64,000 bases of DNA from an uncultured Oscillospiraceae bacterium. Lineage in GTDB: Bacteria; Bacillota; Clostridia; Oscillospirales; Acutalibacteraceae. Location of the stretch: assembly GCA_900540275.1 (NCBI GenBank), contig UQFO01000006.1:34835-98834 (forward strand), written 5' to 3'. Positions 8,645-19,154 of the stretch are shown here, piece after piece (positions within the stretch are counted from its first letter, which is position 1; each line of letters begins with the position of its first letter). The position numbers and the translations under genes are program-made. The notes beneath the pieces are model-generated. The model searched no databases and was not told the DNA's origin. It saw nothing but the letters and a program-made list of their open reading frames with translations.

Positions 8645-10363
8645 TCAGCTTACGCCCATTATTTTCTCGCTATCTTTCACAAGCTTATCGGTAAGCTTGT
8701 GCGCGTCCTGCTTATCGCTTCCTACAGCGGTAATATAAAGCTTGATTTTCGGCTCTGTCCCGCTTGGACGGACGATAACCGAATGGCCGCCTTCCAGGGA
8801 ATATGCGATAACATTCGATTTGGGCAGTGTGATTTTCGTTTCCTCGCCTGTTTTGCAGTCCCTGGAAACGCTTTGCAGGTAATCGTCTGTTTTTACGACC
8901 GCAAAGCCCGCGATGGCTGCAGGGGCTTGGTAACGCAGCCCTGTCATGATATGATTCATTTTTTCAAGGCCGGCGGCACCCTCAAAACCAAAATTGAGCG
9001 TTGTGTTCTGGTAATAGCCGTATTCCTCATACAGCTCGTCGATGACGTTTGCGAGCGTTTTGCCCTGTTTCCTGTAATATGCCGCCATTTCACAGATTAG
9101 CATAGACGCGACCACCGCGTCCTTATCCCTGACATACGTCCCCGCAAGGTAGCCGTAGCTCTCCTCAAAGCCGAATACATAGCGGTTTTCCTCATGCATC
9201 TGTTCCAGCTCGAGAATTTGCTCGCCGATATATTTAAAGCCGGTCAGAACATTGCGCAGCTCGCAGCCGTACTTTTCGCAGATACGGTTGATTAGTATAC
9301 TTGTAACGACCGTTTTTACCACAATCGGGCGCTGCGGCAGCGTACCCTGCGCCTTGCGGCAGGAAAGGATATAATTCGTCAGCATAATGCCCGTCTCGTT
9401 GCCGGAAATCAAGCGGTAGCCGGAGCCGTCCTTTACGGCTATGCCAACCCTGTCGCTGTCCGGGTCGGTCGCAAGCAGCAAATCCGGCTGAACCTTTTCA
9501 CAGAGGTCAAGCCCCAGCTGCAGCGCTTCCTTGAATTCAGGGTTTGGATAAGGGCAGGTTGTAAAGTTGCCGTCCGGGTTTTCCTGCTCCTTAACAACGG
9601 TGACTTCAGAAACACCCGTCCTTTTAAGGATTTCCCTAACAAGCTTATTACCCGCGCCGTTTAAAGGCGTGTAGACGACCTTCAGGCCCGCGTCTTTGCA
9701 AATGCCGGGATTAATCGCCTGCGCAGACACGTTTTCAAGGTATTTTTCATAGAGGCCGTCTTCCATATATTCAATCGAGCCCTCTGCGGCCGCCTGCTCA
9801 AAATCGGCTGTTTTCACACCGTCAAAACAGTCGGTCGCCTGGATTTCCGCATAGACCTCGCCCGCGGCAATGTCGGTCATCTGGCAGCCGTCCGCGCCAT
9901 AGCATTTATAGCCGTTGTACGCCGCTGGGTTATGGCTTGCCGTCACCATAATGCCCGCCTGGCATTTCAGTTCCCTGACGGCGAACGACAGCACGGGCGT
10001 CGGCTCCAGCTCCCTGGATAGATACGCCTTTACGCCGTTGGCGGCAAGGACCCTGGCGGCCTCTTTCGCAAACAGTGTGGATTTTATTCTGGAATCATAC
10101 GAAATCGCAACCGCGGATGTATCGTATTTTTTGTTCAGGTAATTTGCGAGCCCCTGTGTCGCGAGGCGGACATTGTATATGTTCATGCGGTTGGTTCCCG
10201 CGCCGATTATGCCGCGAAGCCCTGCGGTTCCAAACTCAAGGCTGCGGTAAAACCGGTCGTAAATTTCGTCGTTGTTTCCTTTTATTGATTGGAGCTCATC
10301 GGTAAGGTCTTTATCTTCGACCGCCTTATTAAGCCATAATTCATAAAGTTTTTTTGTTTCCAT
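8645..10363 (-). CDS. Phosphoglucomutase/phosphomannomutase family protein
   Basis: Active-site loop TASHNPAAYNGYK, metal loop ATDPDSDR, typical size of 572 aa. Confidence 0.9.
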   Translation of the reverse strand: METKKLYELWLNKAVEDKDLTDELQSIKGNNDEIYDRFYRSLEFGTAGLRGIIGAGTNRMNIYNVRLATQGLANYLNKKYDTSAVAISYDSRIKSTLFAKEAARVLAANGVKAYLSRELEPTPVLSFAVRELKCQAGIMVTASHNPAAYNGYKCYGADGCQMTDIAAGEVYAEIQATDCFDGVKTADFEQAAAEGSIEYMEDGLYEKYLENVSAQAINPGICKDAGLKVVYTPLNGAGNKLVREILKRTGVSEVTVVKEQENPDGNFTTCPYPNPEFKEALQLGLDLCEKVQPDLLLATDPDSDRVGIAVKDGSGYRLISGNETGIMLTNYILSCRKAQGTLPQRPIVVKTVVTSILINRICEKYGCELRNVLTGFKYIGEQILELEQMHEENRYVFGFEESYGYLAGTYVRDKDAVVASMLICEMAAYYRKQGKTLANVIDELYEEYGYYQNTTLNFGFEGAAGLEKMNHIMTGLRYQAPAAIAGFAVVKTDDYLQSVSRDCKTGEETKITLPKSNVIAYSLEGGHSVIVRPSGTEPKIKLYITAVGSDKQDAHKLTDKLVKDSEKIMGVS

Positions 10364-10767
10364 GCTTGGGTCACCCTTTCAGGATAAGATGGGATTCAAA
10401 TTTAATAAAAAATACGGATTTAATATACCACATTTTACAGCGGTTTACAAATTTTGATAATAAAAACAAGATGAAAAATACGGGCGTTTTCGGTAAAGCA
10501 TAGGCGTTTTTTTTCTTATTTATAAATATATCCCGGCGAATACGCGTTTTTCTTGTGGATAAAAGACAATAAATAAAAACCGGTGTGGAAAAATTAAGAA
10601 TAAATGTGAAAAAATTCACAAGGAAACGAAATCTTGAGTTTATGAAGTTTTTGTTCCAAACCTTTAAATATTTATTTAAGATGGCAATTTGTGCTTGTGC
10701 CGCGAAGATTTCTATTGTACAATAGAAAAAACTGTAATCATGCAAAGACATACAAGGAGGAAATAAA

Positions 10768-11688
10768 GTGGACGATACACAGAAAAAAGACGGCCTGGAA
10801 ACGGGGCGGGACAGCGAACAGGAATTTACCGGCGATATTCCGGCAGAACAGCAGGCGGAGCAGCCTCTGGAGGAAACACCTTTGCCGGATAATGTCGCGC
10901 CGCTTTCCGATGAGCCCCAGGATGAAGACAGCGCATTTCTTGACAATCCGGCGGACGGCTACGCTTCCCAGTTCGGTGAGCTGGATTTGGAGCCCGGCGC
11001 GGCTGCTGTCGTGACAAAAAAGAAAAGCTTTTTAATGCCGAGCATTATTATCGCAATTGTGATTTTGTTCGTGGCGGCAGCGGCGGGGGCCGCATACCTT
11101 GTGTTTTTCCATAACACCCCGGCCGGCACGTGGGCGCCCGCGGACGGCAGCGGTACGAGCTACTATGTGTTCGACAACAACGGGACGGTGGAGCTTGTGG
11201 CCGGCACGGTGCGGTATAAGGGAACCTACGCCCTGTCTGATACGGACGGCAGCAAAAGAATAAACCTCTATATTCCGGTCGGTTATTCCGCTATACAGGG
11301 CGATTTCGACTATACGCTTTCCGGCAACATTTTTACGGGCAAAACGTTTGAAATTTCCTCCGGCGAGGGAGAGCCGCTCAAGCTTGTTTCCTCCTCGCTT
11401 CCCGAAAACACACTGACGCCCGCCGAGGACAGGAAGACGGATGATAAAATCATTGGAACTTGGAAGCTCAAGGACAGCACCAACAATGTAACCTATACGA
11501 TTAACCAGGACGGTACGATTATCCTGCAATCCGACAGCATGCGCATCGACGGCGTTTATACCATTAAGGACAAGGCGCTTGCCATTACGTACAATATGGC
11601 CGGACAGGAAAGCACGATGGAGGAAGAATACTCCTTCGACGGAGAAACGCTGATTATCAACAGTATGGGCTATGAAAAGGCGGATTAA
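10768..11688 (+). CDS. Single-pass membrane-anchored protein with an acidic N-terminal tail and an extracytoplasmic beta-rich domain; function unknown
   Basis: GTG start 5 nt after AAGGAGG. One TM helix (MPSIIIAIVILFVAAAAGAAYLVFF). Repeated GTW...D motifs. Confidence 0.5.
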   Translation: MDDTQKKDGLETGRDSEQEFTGDIPAEQQAEQPLEETPLPDNVAPLSDEPQDEDSAFLDNPADGYASQFGELDLEPGAAAVVTKKKSFLMPSIIIAIVILFVAAAAGAAYLVFFHNTPAGTWAPADGSGTSYYVFDNNGTVELVAGTVRYKGTYALSDTDGSKRINLYIPVGYSAIQGDFDYTLSGNIFTGKTFEISSGEGEPLKLVSSSLPENTLTPAEDRKTDDKIIGTWKLKDSTNNVTYTINQDGTIILQSDSMRIDGVYTIKDKALAITYNMAGQESTMEEEYSFDGETLIINSMGYEKAD

Positions 11689-11772
11689 GCGGTACGGCTA
11701 AAATATGTAGCTTGAAAATCCCGTACCCTGTTATTTTACGCCGAGGCAGATATGTGTGTGCGTGTCCGTGCT

Positions 11773-11801
11773 TTGACAAGCGTGCGCCGGTGTGCTAGAA
11801 T
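11773..11801 (+). promoter_or_regulatory. Sigma-A-type promoter of the thi operon
   Basis: TTGACA (11773-11778), 17-nt spacer, TAGAAT (11796-11801). Confidence 0.55.
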
Positions 11802-11809
11802 AATAAAAA

Positions 11810-11900
11810 CTGAATATCGTTTGCAGGGGGACTCTTCGGAGTTGAGAAGGTAAAACCTGACCCTTAGAACCTGTTAGTTAATACTATCGTAGGGAGCAGC
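11810..11900 (+). promoter_or_regulatory. TPP (THI-box) riboswitch
   Basis: Conserved THI-box elements GGGGGACTCTTCGGAGTTGAGA ... CTGACCCTTAGAACCTGTTAGTTAATACTATCGTAGGGA, directly upstream of thiD. Confidence 0.85.
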
Positions 11901-11910
11901 ATGGATGATT

Positions 11911-11956
11911 AGACGATACCTTTACCCTTGTAGTATGGTATCGTCTTTTTGTTTTG
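11911..11956 (+). terminator. Riboswitch expression-platform terminator
   Basis: AGACGATACC (11911-11920) pairs with GGTATCGTCT (11937-11946), followed by TTTTGTTTTG. Confidence 0.75.
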
Positions 11957-11984
11957 CTCCAGAAAAAGAAAGGAGCTGTTTGTT

Positions 11985-12788
11985 ATGAAAACCTGCCTGG
12001 CTATCGCCGGCTCAGACTGCAGCGGCGGCGCCGGAATACAGGCCGATTTGAAGGCGTTCAGCGCAAACCGCGCGTTTGGCATGAGCGTGATAGCGTCTGT
12101 CGTCGCGGAAAATACCAGCCGTGTGCTGTCTGTCTTTGATTTGCCGGTTTCATGCGTGGAAAGCCAGATAGACGCGGTGTTTGAGGACATAACGGTGGAC
12201 GCCGTGAAAATTGGGATGCTGTCAAACGCGCAGATAATGCAGGCCGCCGCGCGGCGGCTTGAGAAGTACCGTCCGCCGTATATCGTCCTTGACCCCGTCA
12301 TGACCGCAAAGGGAGGAAGCCCGCTCATGGAGCCGCAGGCGCTGGCTGTACTCAAGGAGGAGCTGGTTCCGCTCTGTGCGCTTGTGACGCCCAACCTTCC
12401 GGAGGCGCAGGAAATTACGGGGGACGCTATCCGTTCGCCGCGGGACATGAAGCGCGCGGCGGTAAAAATCAAGGAGCTGGGCGCTTGCAGCGTACTCATT
12501 AAAGGCGGCCATCTGGAGGGAGACGCGCTGGATATCCTCTATGATGGGGACGCGTTTTATGAATTCAGGGAAGAGCGCGTCAAAACAGAGAACACGCACG
12601 GGACGGGCTGTACGCTGTCCTCCGCGATTGCCGCGAACCTCGCAAACGGCATGTCTATGAGGGACGCTGTGGACAAGGCGAAGGGCTACGTCACACAGGC
12701 AATCCGTCATGCCCTGCCCATAGGAAAGGGGCACGGGCCCACAAACCACTTTTACGAGTTCTACCGGATGAAAGGATGGATAAAATGA
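11985..12788 (+). CDS. thiD: Hydroxymethylpyrimidine/phosphomethylpyrimidine kinase
   Basis: [19 protein letters not shown]-terminus and [14 protein letters not shown] anion hole. AAAGGAG RBS before the ATG at 11985. Confidence 0.9.
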   Translation: MKTCLAIAGSDCSGGAGIQADLKAFSANRAFGMSVIASVVAENTSRVLSVFDLPVSCVESQIDAVFEDITVDAVKIGMLSNAQIMQAAARRLEKYRPPYIVLDPVMTAKGGSPLMEPQALAVLKEELVPLCALVTPNLPEAQEITGDAIRSPRDMKRAAVKIKELGACSVLIKGGHLEGDALDILYDGDAFYEFREERVKTENTHGTGCTLSSAIAANLANGMSMRDAVDKAKGYVTQAIRHALPIGKGHGPTNHFYEFYRMKGWIK

Positions 12789-14131
12789 GAACCTACCATA
12801 CGCAGATGGAGGCCGCGAAAAAGGGGATTGTCACCCCGGAAATGGAAGCTGTCGCGAAAAAAGAGAGCGTGGACACGCAGACAGTAATGGAACGCGTAGC
12901 GGCCGGGACTGTCGCAATTCCCGCTAATATTGCGCATAAAACGCTGTCGCCGGAAGGAATCGGGCAGGGCCTTCGGACAAAAATCAACGTAAACCTCGGC
13001 GTTTCCGGCGACTGCCTCAATTATGAAACCGAAATGAAAAAGGTAAGCTGCGCGCTCTCTTTCGGCGCGGAGGCCATCATGGACTTGAGCAACTACGGCA
13101 AGACGAACACCTTCCGGCGCGAGCTTATCGCCATGTCGCCCGCGATGATAGGCACCGTACCGATGTACGACGCAATCGGTTATTTGGAGAAAGACCTCTG
13201 CGACATTACGGCGCGGGACTTTCTGGAGGTCGTGCGCGCCCACGCGGAAGAGGGCGTCGATTTTATGACCATACACGCGGGAATTAACAGAAGAACGGTG
13301 GAGGCTTTCCGCAGGGCGGGCAGGAGGATGAACATCGTCTCGCGCGGCGGGTCCCTTTTGTTTGCCTGGATGGAAATGACGGGCAGCGAAAACCCGTTCT
13401 TTGAATATTACGACGACGTGCTCGAAATCCTGCGCGAATACGACGTGACAATAAGCCTTGGCGACGCGCTGCGCCCGGGCTGCCTGGCCGACAGCTCAGA
13501 CGCGGGACAGCTCTGCGAGCTGATTGAGCTGGGTTACCTTACGAAACGCGCGTGGGAAAAGGATGTGCAGGTTATGGTAGAGGGGCCGGGCCATATGGCG
13601 ATGGACGAAATCGCGGCCAATATGAAGCTGCAAAAACGCCTGTGCCATAACGCGCCGTTTTATGTGCTTGGCCCGCTCGTTACGGACATCGCGCCGGGCT
13701 ACGACCATATCACCGCGGCTATCGGCGGCGCAATCGCCGCGGCAAGCGGGGCGGATTTCCTCTGCTACGTCACGCCCGCGGAGCACCTGCGCCTTCCTGA
13801 TTTAAACGACGTAAAGGAAGGGATTGCCGCAAGCAAAATCGCGGCGCACGCGGCGGATATCGCCAAGGGCGTGCCGCACGCGCGCGAGCGCGACGACCGC
13901 ATGGCGCAGGCCCGCCATAAGCTTGACTGGGAAGAGATGTTCGGTATTGCGCTCGACGGGGAAAAGGCGCGCGCCTACTTTGAGAGCACGCCGCCGCAGG
14001 ACAGGCATACCTGTTCTATGTGCGGGCGGATGTGCGCCGTACGTACGACCAACCGGATTTTAAACGGGGAGAAGGTCACGTTCTGCCCCAAAGAGGACGA
14101 AAACAATAAGGAAAAGGAGTCAGTAAAATGA
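12785..14131 (+). CDS. thiC: Phosphomethylpyrimidine synthase
   Basis: Conserved ThiC blocks ([32 protein letters not shown]-terminal CSMCG...C cluster). The ORF opens at 12776, but the ATG at 12785 has better RBS spacing. Confidence 0.93.
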   Translation: MRTYHTQMEAAKKGIVTPEMEAVAKKESVDTQTVMERVAAGTVAIPANIAHKTLSPEGIGQGLRTKINVNLGVSGDCLNYETEMKKVSCALSFGAEAIMDLSNYGKTNTFRRELIAMSPAMIGTVPMYDAIGYLEKDLCDITARDFLEVVRAHAEEGVDFMTIHAGINRRTVEAFRRAGRRMNIVSRGGSLLFAWMEMTGSENPFFEYYDDVLEILREYDVTISLGDALRPGCLADSSDAGQLCELIELGYLTKRAWEKDVQVMVEGPGHMAMDEIAANMKLQKRLCHNAPFYVLGPLVTDIAPGYDHITAAIGGAIAAASGADFLCYVTPAEHLRLPDLNDVKEGIAASKIAAHAADIAKGVPHARERDDRMAQARHKLDWEEMFGIALDGEKARAYFESTPPQDRHTCSMCGRMCAVRTTNRILNGEKVTFCPKEDENNKEKESVK

Positions 14132-14949
14132 ACCAAATCACGGAAAATGCCGCCCAATTATTAGAAAACGTCAGAAAAACAGTCCCGCTTGTACATAACA
14201 TAACAAACTATGTCACCGTAAACGATGCGGCAAACGCCGTGCTTGCCATTGGCGCGTCGCCGATTATGGCGGACGATATTGAAGAGGCGGCGGATATTAC
14301 AGCCATCTCAAACGCCCTTGTACTCAATATGGGGACGCTCAATAAGCGAACGGTCGAATCCATGCTCGCGGCGGGAAAACGCGCAAACGAGCTGGGCGTG
14401 CCCGTCGTATTCGATCCGGTCGGCGCGGGCGCGTCCGTATTTCGCAACGAAACGGCGCGGAAAATCACGGGGCAGGTAACGCTTTCGGTTATCAGGGGCA
14501 ACCTGTCGGAGCTTTCCTTTATCGCGGGTCTCGGCGCTTCGACAAAAGGCGTGGACAGCGCACAGGCGGACGAAAAGAACGACGCCGTATCGGTTGCGAA
14601 AGCAGCCGCGCAGAAGCTCCAATGCGTTGCCGCGCTCACAGGGAAGGTTGATGTGATTACAGACGGCACGCGTGTCATTCAAATTGAAAACGGCCATCCC
14701 ATGCTTTCTAAGGTCACGGGTACAGGCTGTATGGCCACCGCGCTTACGGGCGCTTATGCGGGCGCGTGCGGCGGTGATTTCCTTACAGCGGCGGCTGCCG
14801 GCGTGTGCTCTATGGGAATCGCGGGTGAGCTTGCGTATGAATCGGCGGGCGCAAAAGGGACAGGCAGCTTCCATATTGCGATTATGGATGCGCTGTCGAG
14901 GCTTGACTCCGCCGTTCTGAAAGAGAGGGCGCGGTTTTATGAAGCATGA
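14128..14949 (+). CDS. thiM: Hydroxyethylthiazole kinase
   Basis: [27 protein letters not shown] and VTGTGCM motifs. Overlaps the thiC stop. Confidence 0.9.
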   Translation: MNQITENAAQLLENVRKTVPLVHNITNYVTVNDAANAVLAIGASPIMADDIEEAADITAISNALVLNMGTLNKRTVESMLAAGKRANELGVPVVFDPVGAGASVFRNETARKITGQVTLSVIRGNLSELSFIAGLGASTKGVDSAQADEKNDAVSVAKAAAQKLQCVAALTGKVDVITDGTRVIQIENGHPMLSKVTGTGCMATALTGAYAGACGGDFLTAAAAGVCSMGIAGELAYESAGAKGTGSFHIAIMDALSRLDSAVLKERARFYEA

Positions 14950-15571
14950 TGTGGATTATTCCCTTTATCTCTGTACTGACCGGGCGCTTATGCGCGCGCC
15001 CACAGTGGAACAATGCGTAGAGCAGGCGGTAAAGGGCGGCTGTACCGTGGTGCAGCTTAGGGAAAAGGAATGCCCTTCCCGCGAGTTTTATGAGCTTGCC
15101 CTGCGTGTCAAAGCGGTAACAGAGCGGTATAGCGTGCCGCTTATCATCAACGACCGCGTGGATATCGCGCTTGCGTCAGATGCGCATGGCGTTCACGTGG
15201 GGCAGGGCGATTTGCCGGCGGCTGTCGTCAGGAGAATTATCGGGGCAGATAAAATCCTCGGCGTGTCCGCTTCAACGCTTGAAGAAGCGGTAAAGGCACA
15301 GGAGGACGGCGCCGACTATATCGGCGTTGGCGCGATGTTTTCTACCGCAACCAAAACGGACGCAAAGCTCGTCACGATGGAGGAGCTTATGAAAATCCGC
15401 GCGGCGGTTTCCGTGCCGATTGTCGTAATCGGCGGAATCAATCAGGAAACAGCGCCGCTGTTCAAAGGCTCAGGCATAAACGGCCTTGCTGTCGTGTCCG
15501 CAATCGTCGCTCAGCCGGACATCGAAGCGGCGGCGCGCGGAATGCGCTCGCTGTTCGGGGGGAATGCGTAA
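14939..15571 (+). CDS. thiE: Thiamine-phosphate synthase
   Basis: [31 protein letters not shown] and GGI motifs. Confidence 0.9.
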   Translation: MKHDVDYSLYLCTDRALMRAPTVEQCVEQAVKGGCTVVQLREKECPSREFYELALRVKAVTERYSVPLIINDRVDIALASDAHGVHVGQGDLPAAVVRRIIGADKILGVSASTLEEAVKAQEDGADYIGVGAMFSTATKTDAKLVTMEELMKIRAAVSVPIVVIGGINQETAPLFKGSGINGLAVVSAIVAQPDIEAAARGMRSLFGGNA

Positions 15572-16221
15572 TGGAGCGGATAAAGGGCGCGATTTTTGAC
15601 CTTGACGGTACACTGCTCGACTCAATGAATGTTTGGGAGCGCATCGACATCGATTTTCTCGCAAAGCGCGGGCTTGCCGTGCCGGAGGATTATATTGAGG
15701 CGGTCACGCCGCTCGGCTTTTACGACGCGGCGGTTTATACCATCGGACGGTTTCAATTAAAAGAAACACCGCAGGCGCTCATTGGGGAATGGAGCGCTAT
15801 GGCGGCGTATGCCTATGGGAATACGGTTTCCTTGAAGCCCCATGCGAAAGCGTATCTTACCCAATTAAGGCAAAGGGGCGTGAGGCTCGCGGTCGCAACC
15901 GCCTTGAGCGAGGAGCTTTATGTGCCCGCTTTGAAAAACAACGGTATTTACGGCTGGTTTGACGCGTTTACCACGCTGAATGAGTGCGGCGGCAGGAAAG
16001 GGGAGCCGAAAATATACCGAAGGGCGGCAAAAAAGCTCGGGCTTGACCCTTCGGACTGCGCCGTATTCGAGGATATTTTAGAGGGGATAGAGGGAGCGAA
16101 CGCGGGCGGGTTTATTACCGTCGGCGTTGCCGATTTTTATTCCCGTTCCGACAGGGAAAGAATCTTGGAGAAAGCTGACTATTATATTGACTGTTTTTCC
16201 GATTTGCTGGAAAAACCTTAA
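15571..16221 (+). CDS. HAD-IA family hydrolase, last gene of the thi operon
   Basis: HAD motif I FDLDGTLLDS and a C-terminal FEDILEG motif. The start overlaps the thiE stop (TAATG). Confidence 0.8.
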   Translation: MERIKGAIFDLDGTLLDSMNVWERIDIDFLAKRGLAVPEDYIEAVTPLGFYDAAVYTIGRFQLKETPQALIGEWSAMAAYAYGNTVSLKPHAKAYLTQLRQRGVRLAVATALSEELYVPALKNNGIYGWFDAFTTLNECGGRKGEPKIYRRAAKKLGLDPSDCAVFEDILEGIEGANAGGFITVGVADFYSRSDRERILEKADYYIDCFSDLLEKP

Positions 16222-16255
16222 AAAGGGGGGAACCATTTAAGGTTCCCCCTTTTTA
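16221..16255 (+). terminator. Intrinsic terminator of the thi operon
   Basis: GGGGGAACC-ATTTAA-GGTTCCCCC followed by TTTTT. Confidence 0.75.
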
Positions 16256-16274
16256 ATCCGCTTTTTCCTTTTTA

Positions 16275-16400
16275 AAGCATTTGCTTCTTGGTTTTCAGAA
16301 AACGTGCTGTTTCTTGGATTGCTTCATTCAATAAAAAAAGAAACGGCACGTTACAAAAAAGAAGGAGGAAACCGCCGAAAGGGTTATCCTCATTTGAATA
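16275..16400. repeat. Dispersed intergenic repeat, related to 46851-46925 and 49165-49365
   Basis: 16345-16385 (GGCACGTTACAAAAAAGAAGGAGGAAACCGCCGAAAGGGTT) nearly matches 49265-49306. 16303-16327 and 16275-16297 carry the TTCTTGG-containing motif also present at 46851-46875. Confidence 0.6.
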
Positions 16401-16458
16401 AACATAATTGAAAACAAAAATCAAAAGCTTGCGTATAAAAAATAAATAGGGTTTTAAA

Positions 16459-16492
16459 AAAGGGGAAAGCATGATTGCTTTCCCCTTTTTAT
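16459..16492 (-). terminator. Intrinsic terminator downstream of nifU
   Basis: AGGGGAAAGC-ATGATT-GCTTTCCCCT flanked by A and T runs. Confidence 0.7.
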
Positions 16493-16495
16493 CAA

Positions 16496-16939
16496 TTACA
16501 AGCTGCACCCGCAGCCCTCATGGTCGTGGCCGCATTCCTTGATTTCACCGACAATCGGCACCGGGTCGATGCCCCTGCGCGTGTAATAATCGCTCAGCGC
16601 CGCCTTGATGGCCTGCTCCGCCAAAACAGAACAGTGTACCTTGACCGGCGGAAGCCCGTCGAGCGCCTCCATAACCGCCTTGTTCGTAAGCTTTAAAGCC
16701 TCGTCGATGGTCTTGCCCTTGATAAGCTCGGTCGCCATGGAGCTTGTCGCAATCGCCGCGCCGCAGCCAAACGTCTTAAAGCGCACGTCTGTGATGGTGT
16801 CGCCGTCAACCTTGATGTACATCTTCATAATATCGCCGCATTTGGAGTTGCCCACCTCGCCGATACCGTCCGCGTCGGGAATTTCTCCGACATTACGCGG
16901 ATTCGCAAAATGCTCCATTACCTTTTCACTGTATGCCAT
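16496..16939 (-). CDS. nifU: Fe-S cluster assembly scaffold, NifU/IscU family
   Basis: NPRNVG, GNSKCGDIM, FKTFGCGAAIA and HCSVLAE motifs with three conserved Cys. Confidence 0.9.
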   Translation of the reverse strand: MAYSEKVMEHFANPRNVGEIPDADGIGEVGNSKCGDIMKMYIKVDGDTITDVRFKTFGCGAAIATSSMATELIKGKTIDEALKLTNKAVMEALDGLPPVKVHCSVLAEQAIKAALSDYYTRRGIDPVPIVGEIKECGHDHEGCGCSL

Positions 16940-16959
16940 AACCCTTCATCCTTTCCGAG

Positions 16960-18138
16960 TCAGTTGTTTTCTTTTATGATGCGCTCCCACAGCGGGGAAA
17001 TCGAACGGAGGTATTCCACAATCGGGGGAACCGTCTCCAGGATATAATCGATGTCCTCCTCCGAGGTATCGTCGCTAAACGAAAGCCGCATAGAGCCGTG
17101 GGCGATTTCATGCGGCAGCCCGATGGAAAGCAGCACGTGGCTGGGGTCGAGCGAGCCGGAGGTACAGGCCGAGCCGGAGGACGCGCAGATACCCTTTAAA
17201 TCGAGCTTTAGCAGGAGCGATTCGCCCTCGATTCCCTCAAAGCACATGTTGAGGTTTCCGGCAAGGCGCTTGTTGCGGTCGCCGTTTAAGCGGGAGCGTT
17301 CTATTTTTAAAAGCCCGTCAACCAGGCGGTTTCTCATTTTCGTAATGCGCGCGTTACGCTCGTCCATCGTGGCAGCCGCTTCCTTCACCGCAGCAGCTAA
17401 GCCTACGATTCCGGCAACGTTCTCCGTGCCCGCGCGCTGGCCGCGCTCCTGCGCGCCGCCGTCAATCAGGATTTCCGGCCGCACGCCGCGCCTGATATAC
17501 AAAGCGCCGCAGCCCTTGGGGCCGTGCAGCTTGTGCGCCGTCAGGGAAAGCAGGTCGATGTTTTGCCCCTTTACGTCAATCGGGACATTACCCACGGCCT
17601 GGACCGCGTCGGTATGGAACAGTACGCCGTGCTTTTTACAGATGGCCCCGATTTCAGGAACCGGCTGTATCGTACCGATTTCGTTGTTTGCGTACATAAT
17701 GGTGACGAGCGCCGTGTCCTCGCGTAAAGCCGCTTCCAGCTCTTCGGGACGGACCAGGCCGTCGCTGTGCACGTCAAGATATGTGACCTCGAACCCTTCC
17801 TTTTCAAGCGCGGCGCAGGTGTGCAGTACCGCGTGGTGCTCAAAGGCGGAGGTTACAATGTGCTTTTTGCCCTTCTTTGCAAGCGCGCGGGCAGCGCCCT
17901 TGATTGCCCAGTTGTCAGACTCGCTCCCGCCGGAGGTAAAATAAATTTCATTCGGCAGCGCGTTCAAGCACTGCGCAATGTCCTGCCTTGCTGTCTCAAC
18001 CGCCCTCTTGGCTTGCGCGCCCACCGAATAAAGGCTCGACGGGTTGCCGTAATATTCTGTCAGATACGGCATCATCTGTTCAAGCACCTTGGGGGAGAGC
18101 TTTGTCGTCGCCGCGTTGTCGGCGTAAATTTTCCTCAT
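16960..18138 (-). CDS. nifS: Cysteine desulfurase, NifS/IscS family
   Basis: PLP-lysine motif [12 protein letters not shown] and catalytic loop SSGSACTS. Confidence 0.92.
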   Translation of the reverse strand: MRKIYADNAATTKLSPKVLEQMMPYLTEYYGNPSSLYSVGAQAKRAVETARQDIAQCLNALPNEIYFTSGGSESDNWAIKGAARALAKKGKKHIVTSAFEHHAVLHTCAALEKEGFEVTYLDVHSDGLVRPEELEAALREDTALVTIMYANNEIGTIQPVPEIGAICKKHGVLFHTDAVQAVGNVPIDVKGQNIDLLSLTAHKLHGPKGCGALYIRRGVRPEILIDGGAQERGQRAGTENVAGIVGLAAAVKEAAATMDERNARITKMRNRLVDGLLKIERSRLNGDRNKRLAGNLNMCFEGIEGESLLLKLDLKGICASSGSACTSGSLDPSHVLLSIGLPHEIAHGSMRLSFSDDTSEEDIDYILETVPPIVEYLRSISPLWERIIKENN

Positions 18139-18167
18139 GATATATCACCTTCCGTATTGCAGATTAT

Positions 18168-18605
18168 TTATTGATACCGCCGTGCCGCCGCGACCGCCAA
18201 AGCGTCGCACCGTTCGTTTTCCGGATGCCCGGCGTGGCCCTTGACCCAAACCACCTCGACCGTATGCTTTTCACAGAGCTTTAAAAGCTCATCCCAGAGC
18301 TCCGGGTTTAAAGCGGGCTCCTTTTTATTGCGCATCCAGCCGTTTGCCCGCCATTTTTTCGCCCAGCCGAGCTTAATGGCGTTGCAGACATATTGGGAAT
18401 CGCTGTACAAGGTGACGCTGCACGGCTCCTTTAACAGCTTTAACGCTTCAATTACCGCGGAAAGCTCCATGCGGTTATTCGTCGTGTTTCTTTCGCCGCC
18501 GGATATTTCCTTTTCCGTCCCTTTATAGCGCATGACCGCGCCCCAGCCTCCCGGCCCCGGGTTTCCCTGGCAGGCGCCGTCGGTGTAAATTTCAACGTGC
18601 TTCAA
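18168..18605 (-). CDS. rnhA: Ribonuclease HI
   Basis: [29 protein letters not shown] and [15 protein letters not shown] motifs. The likely start is the TTG at 18605, 6 nt after AAGGAGA. The longer listed ORF has no RBS. Confidence 0.85.
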   Translation of the reverse strand: MKHVEIYTDGACQGNPGPGGWGAVMRYKGTEKEISGGERNTTNNRMELSAVIEALKLLKEPCSVTLYSDSQYVCNAIKLGWAKKWRANGWMRNKKEPALNPELWDELLKLCEKHTVEVVWVKGHAGHPENERCDALAVAAARRYQ

Positions 18606-18975
18606 GGCGATTCTCCTTATATCTTGTGGTAGTGCGCTTATTATACCCCTTCCGGCAGGCGTTTTCAATACTTTCGCGGCGCCTTGCGGCATAACTTAAC
18701 AAAATCACAAATTAAGGGCGGCGTTTTTAAAATTATTGTCGCGTCTGATGGTGCAAATGCAACAAAATTGATTTTATTCCAATTGTTCTGTCCGTTGGAA
18801 TAACTGCCGCCGGATTGTGCCATGATATGTGTGACGGCGCAGCGGCGCAAAATGAAGAGATGCGGGCCATCCCGCCCTGTTAGTTTACGGGAAAAAGCGC
18901 GGCCTATTCAGAAAAACGGCGCGGAACACCTGAATAAATTGCCGCAGGGGAAAAAAGCGCGCCCATATGTGCCAC

Positions 18976-19004
18976 TTGACAGTACCGTTGAAATAGAATA
19001 AAAT
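18976..19004 (+). promoter_or_regulatory. Sigma-A-type promoter upstream of rnj
   Basis: TTGACA (18976-18981), 17-nt spacer, TAAAAT (18999-19004). Implies a leader of about 145 nt. Confidence 0.55.
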
Positions 19005-19154
19005 GGAGGCAACGTATGTGACCGGATTCGTTTTTTGTTTGAAGAAAATGTGTTTTAAAAGATCGATGACTCTGTGCATGGGGCACCGTTTGCGGCACAG
19101 AAGAAAACAATACAATACAGTCAATACATAACGAATGAAATTGGAGGTTTATTT

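Noticed and set aside
16272-16508. 78-aa minus-strand ORF between the thi operon and nifU
   Set aside because: It runs through two terminator hairpins and the dispersed repeat. It is Phe/Leu-rich, as expected from translating T-rich non-coding DNA, and has no RBS.
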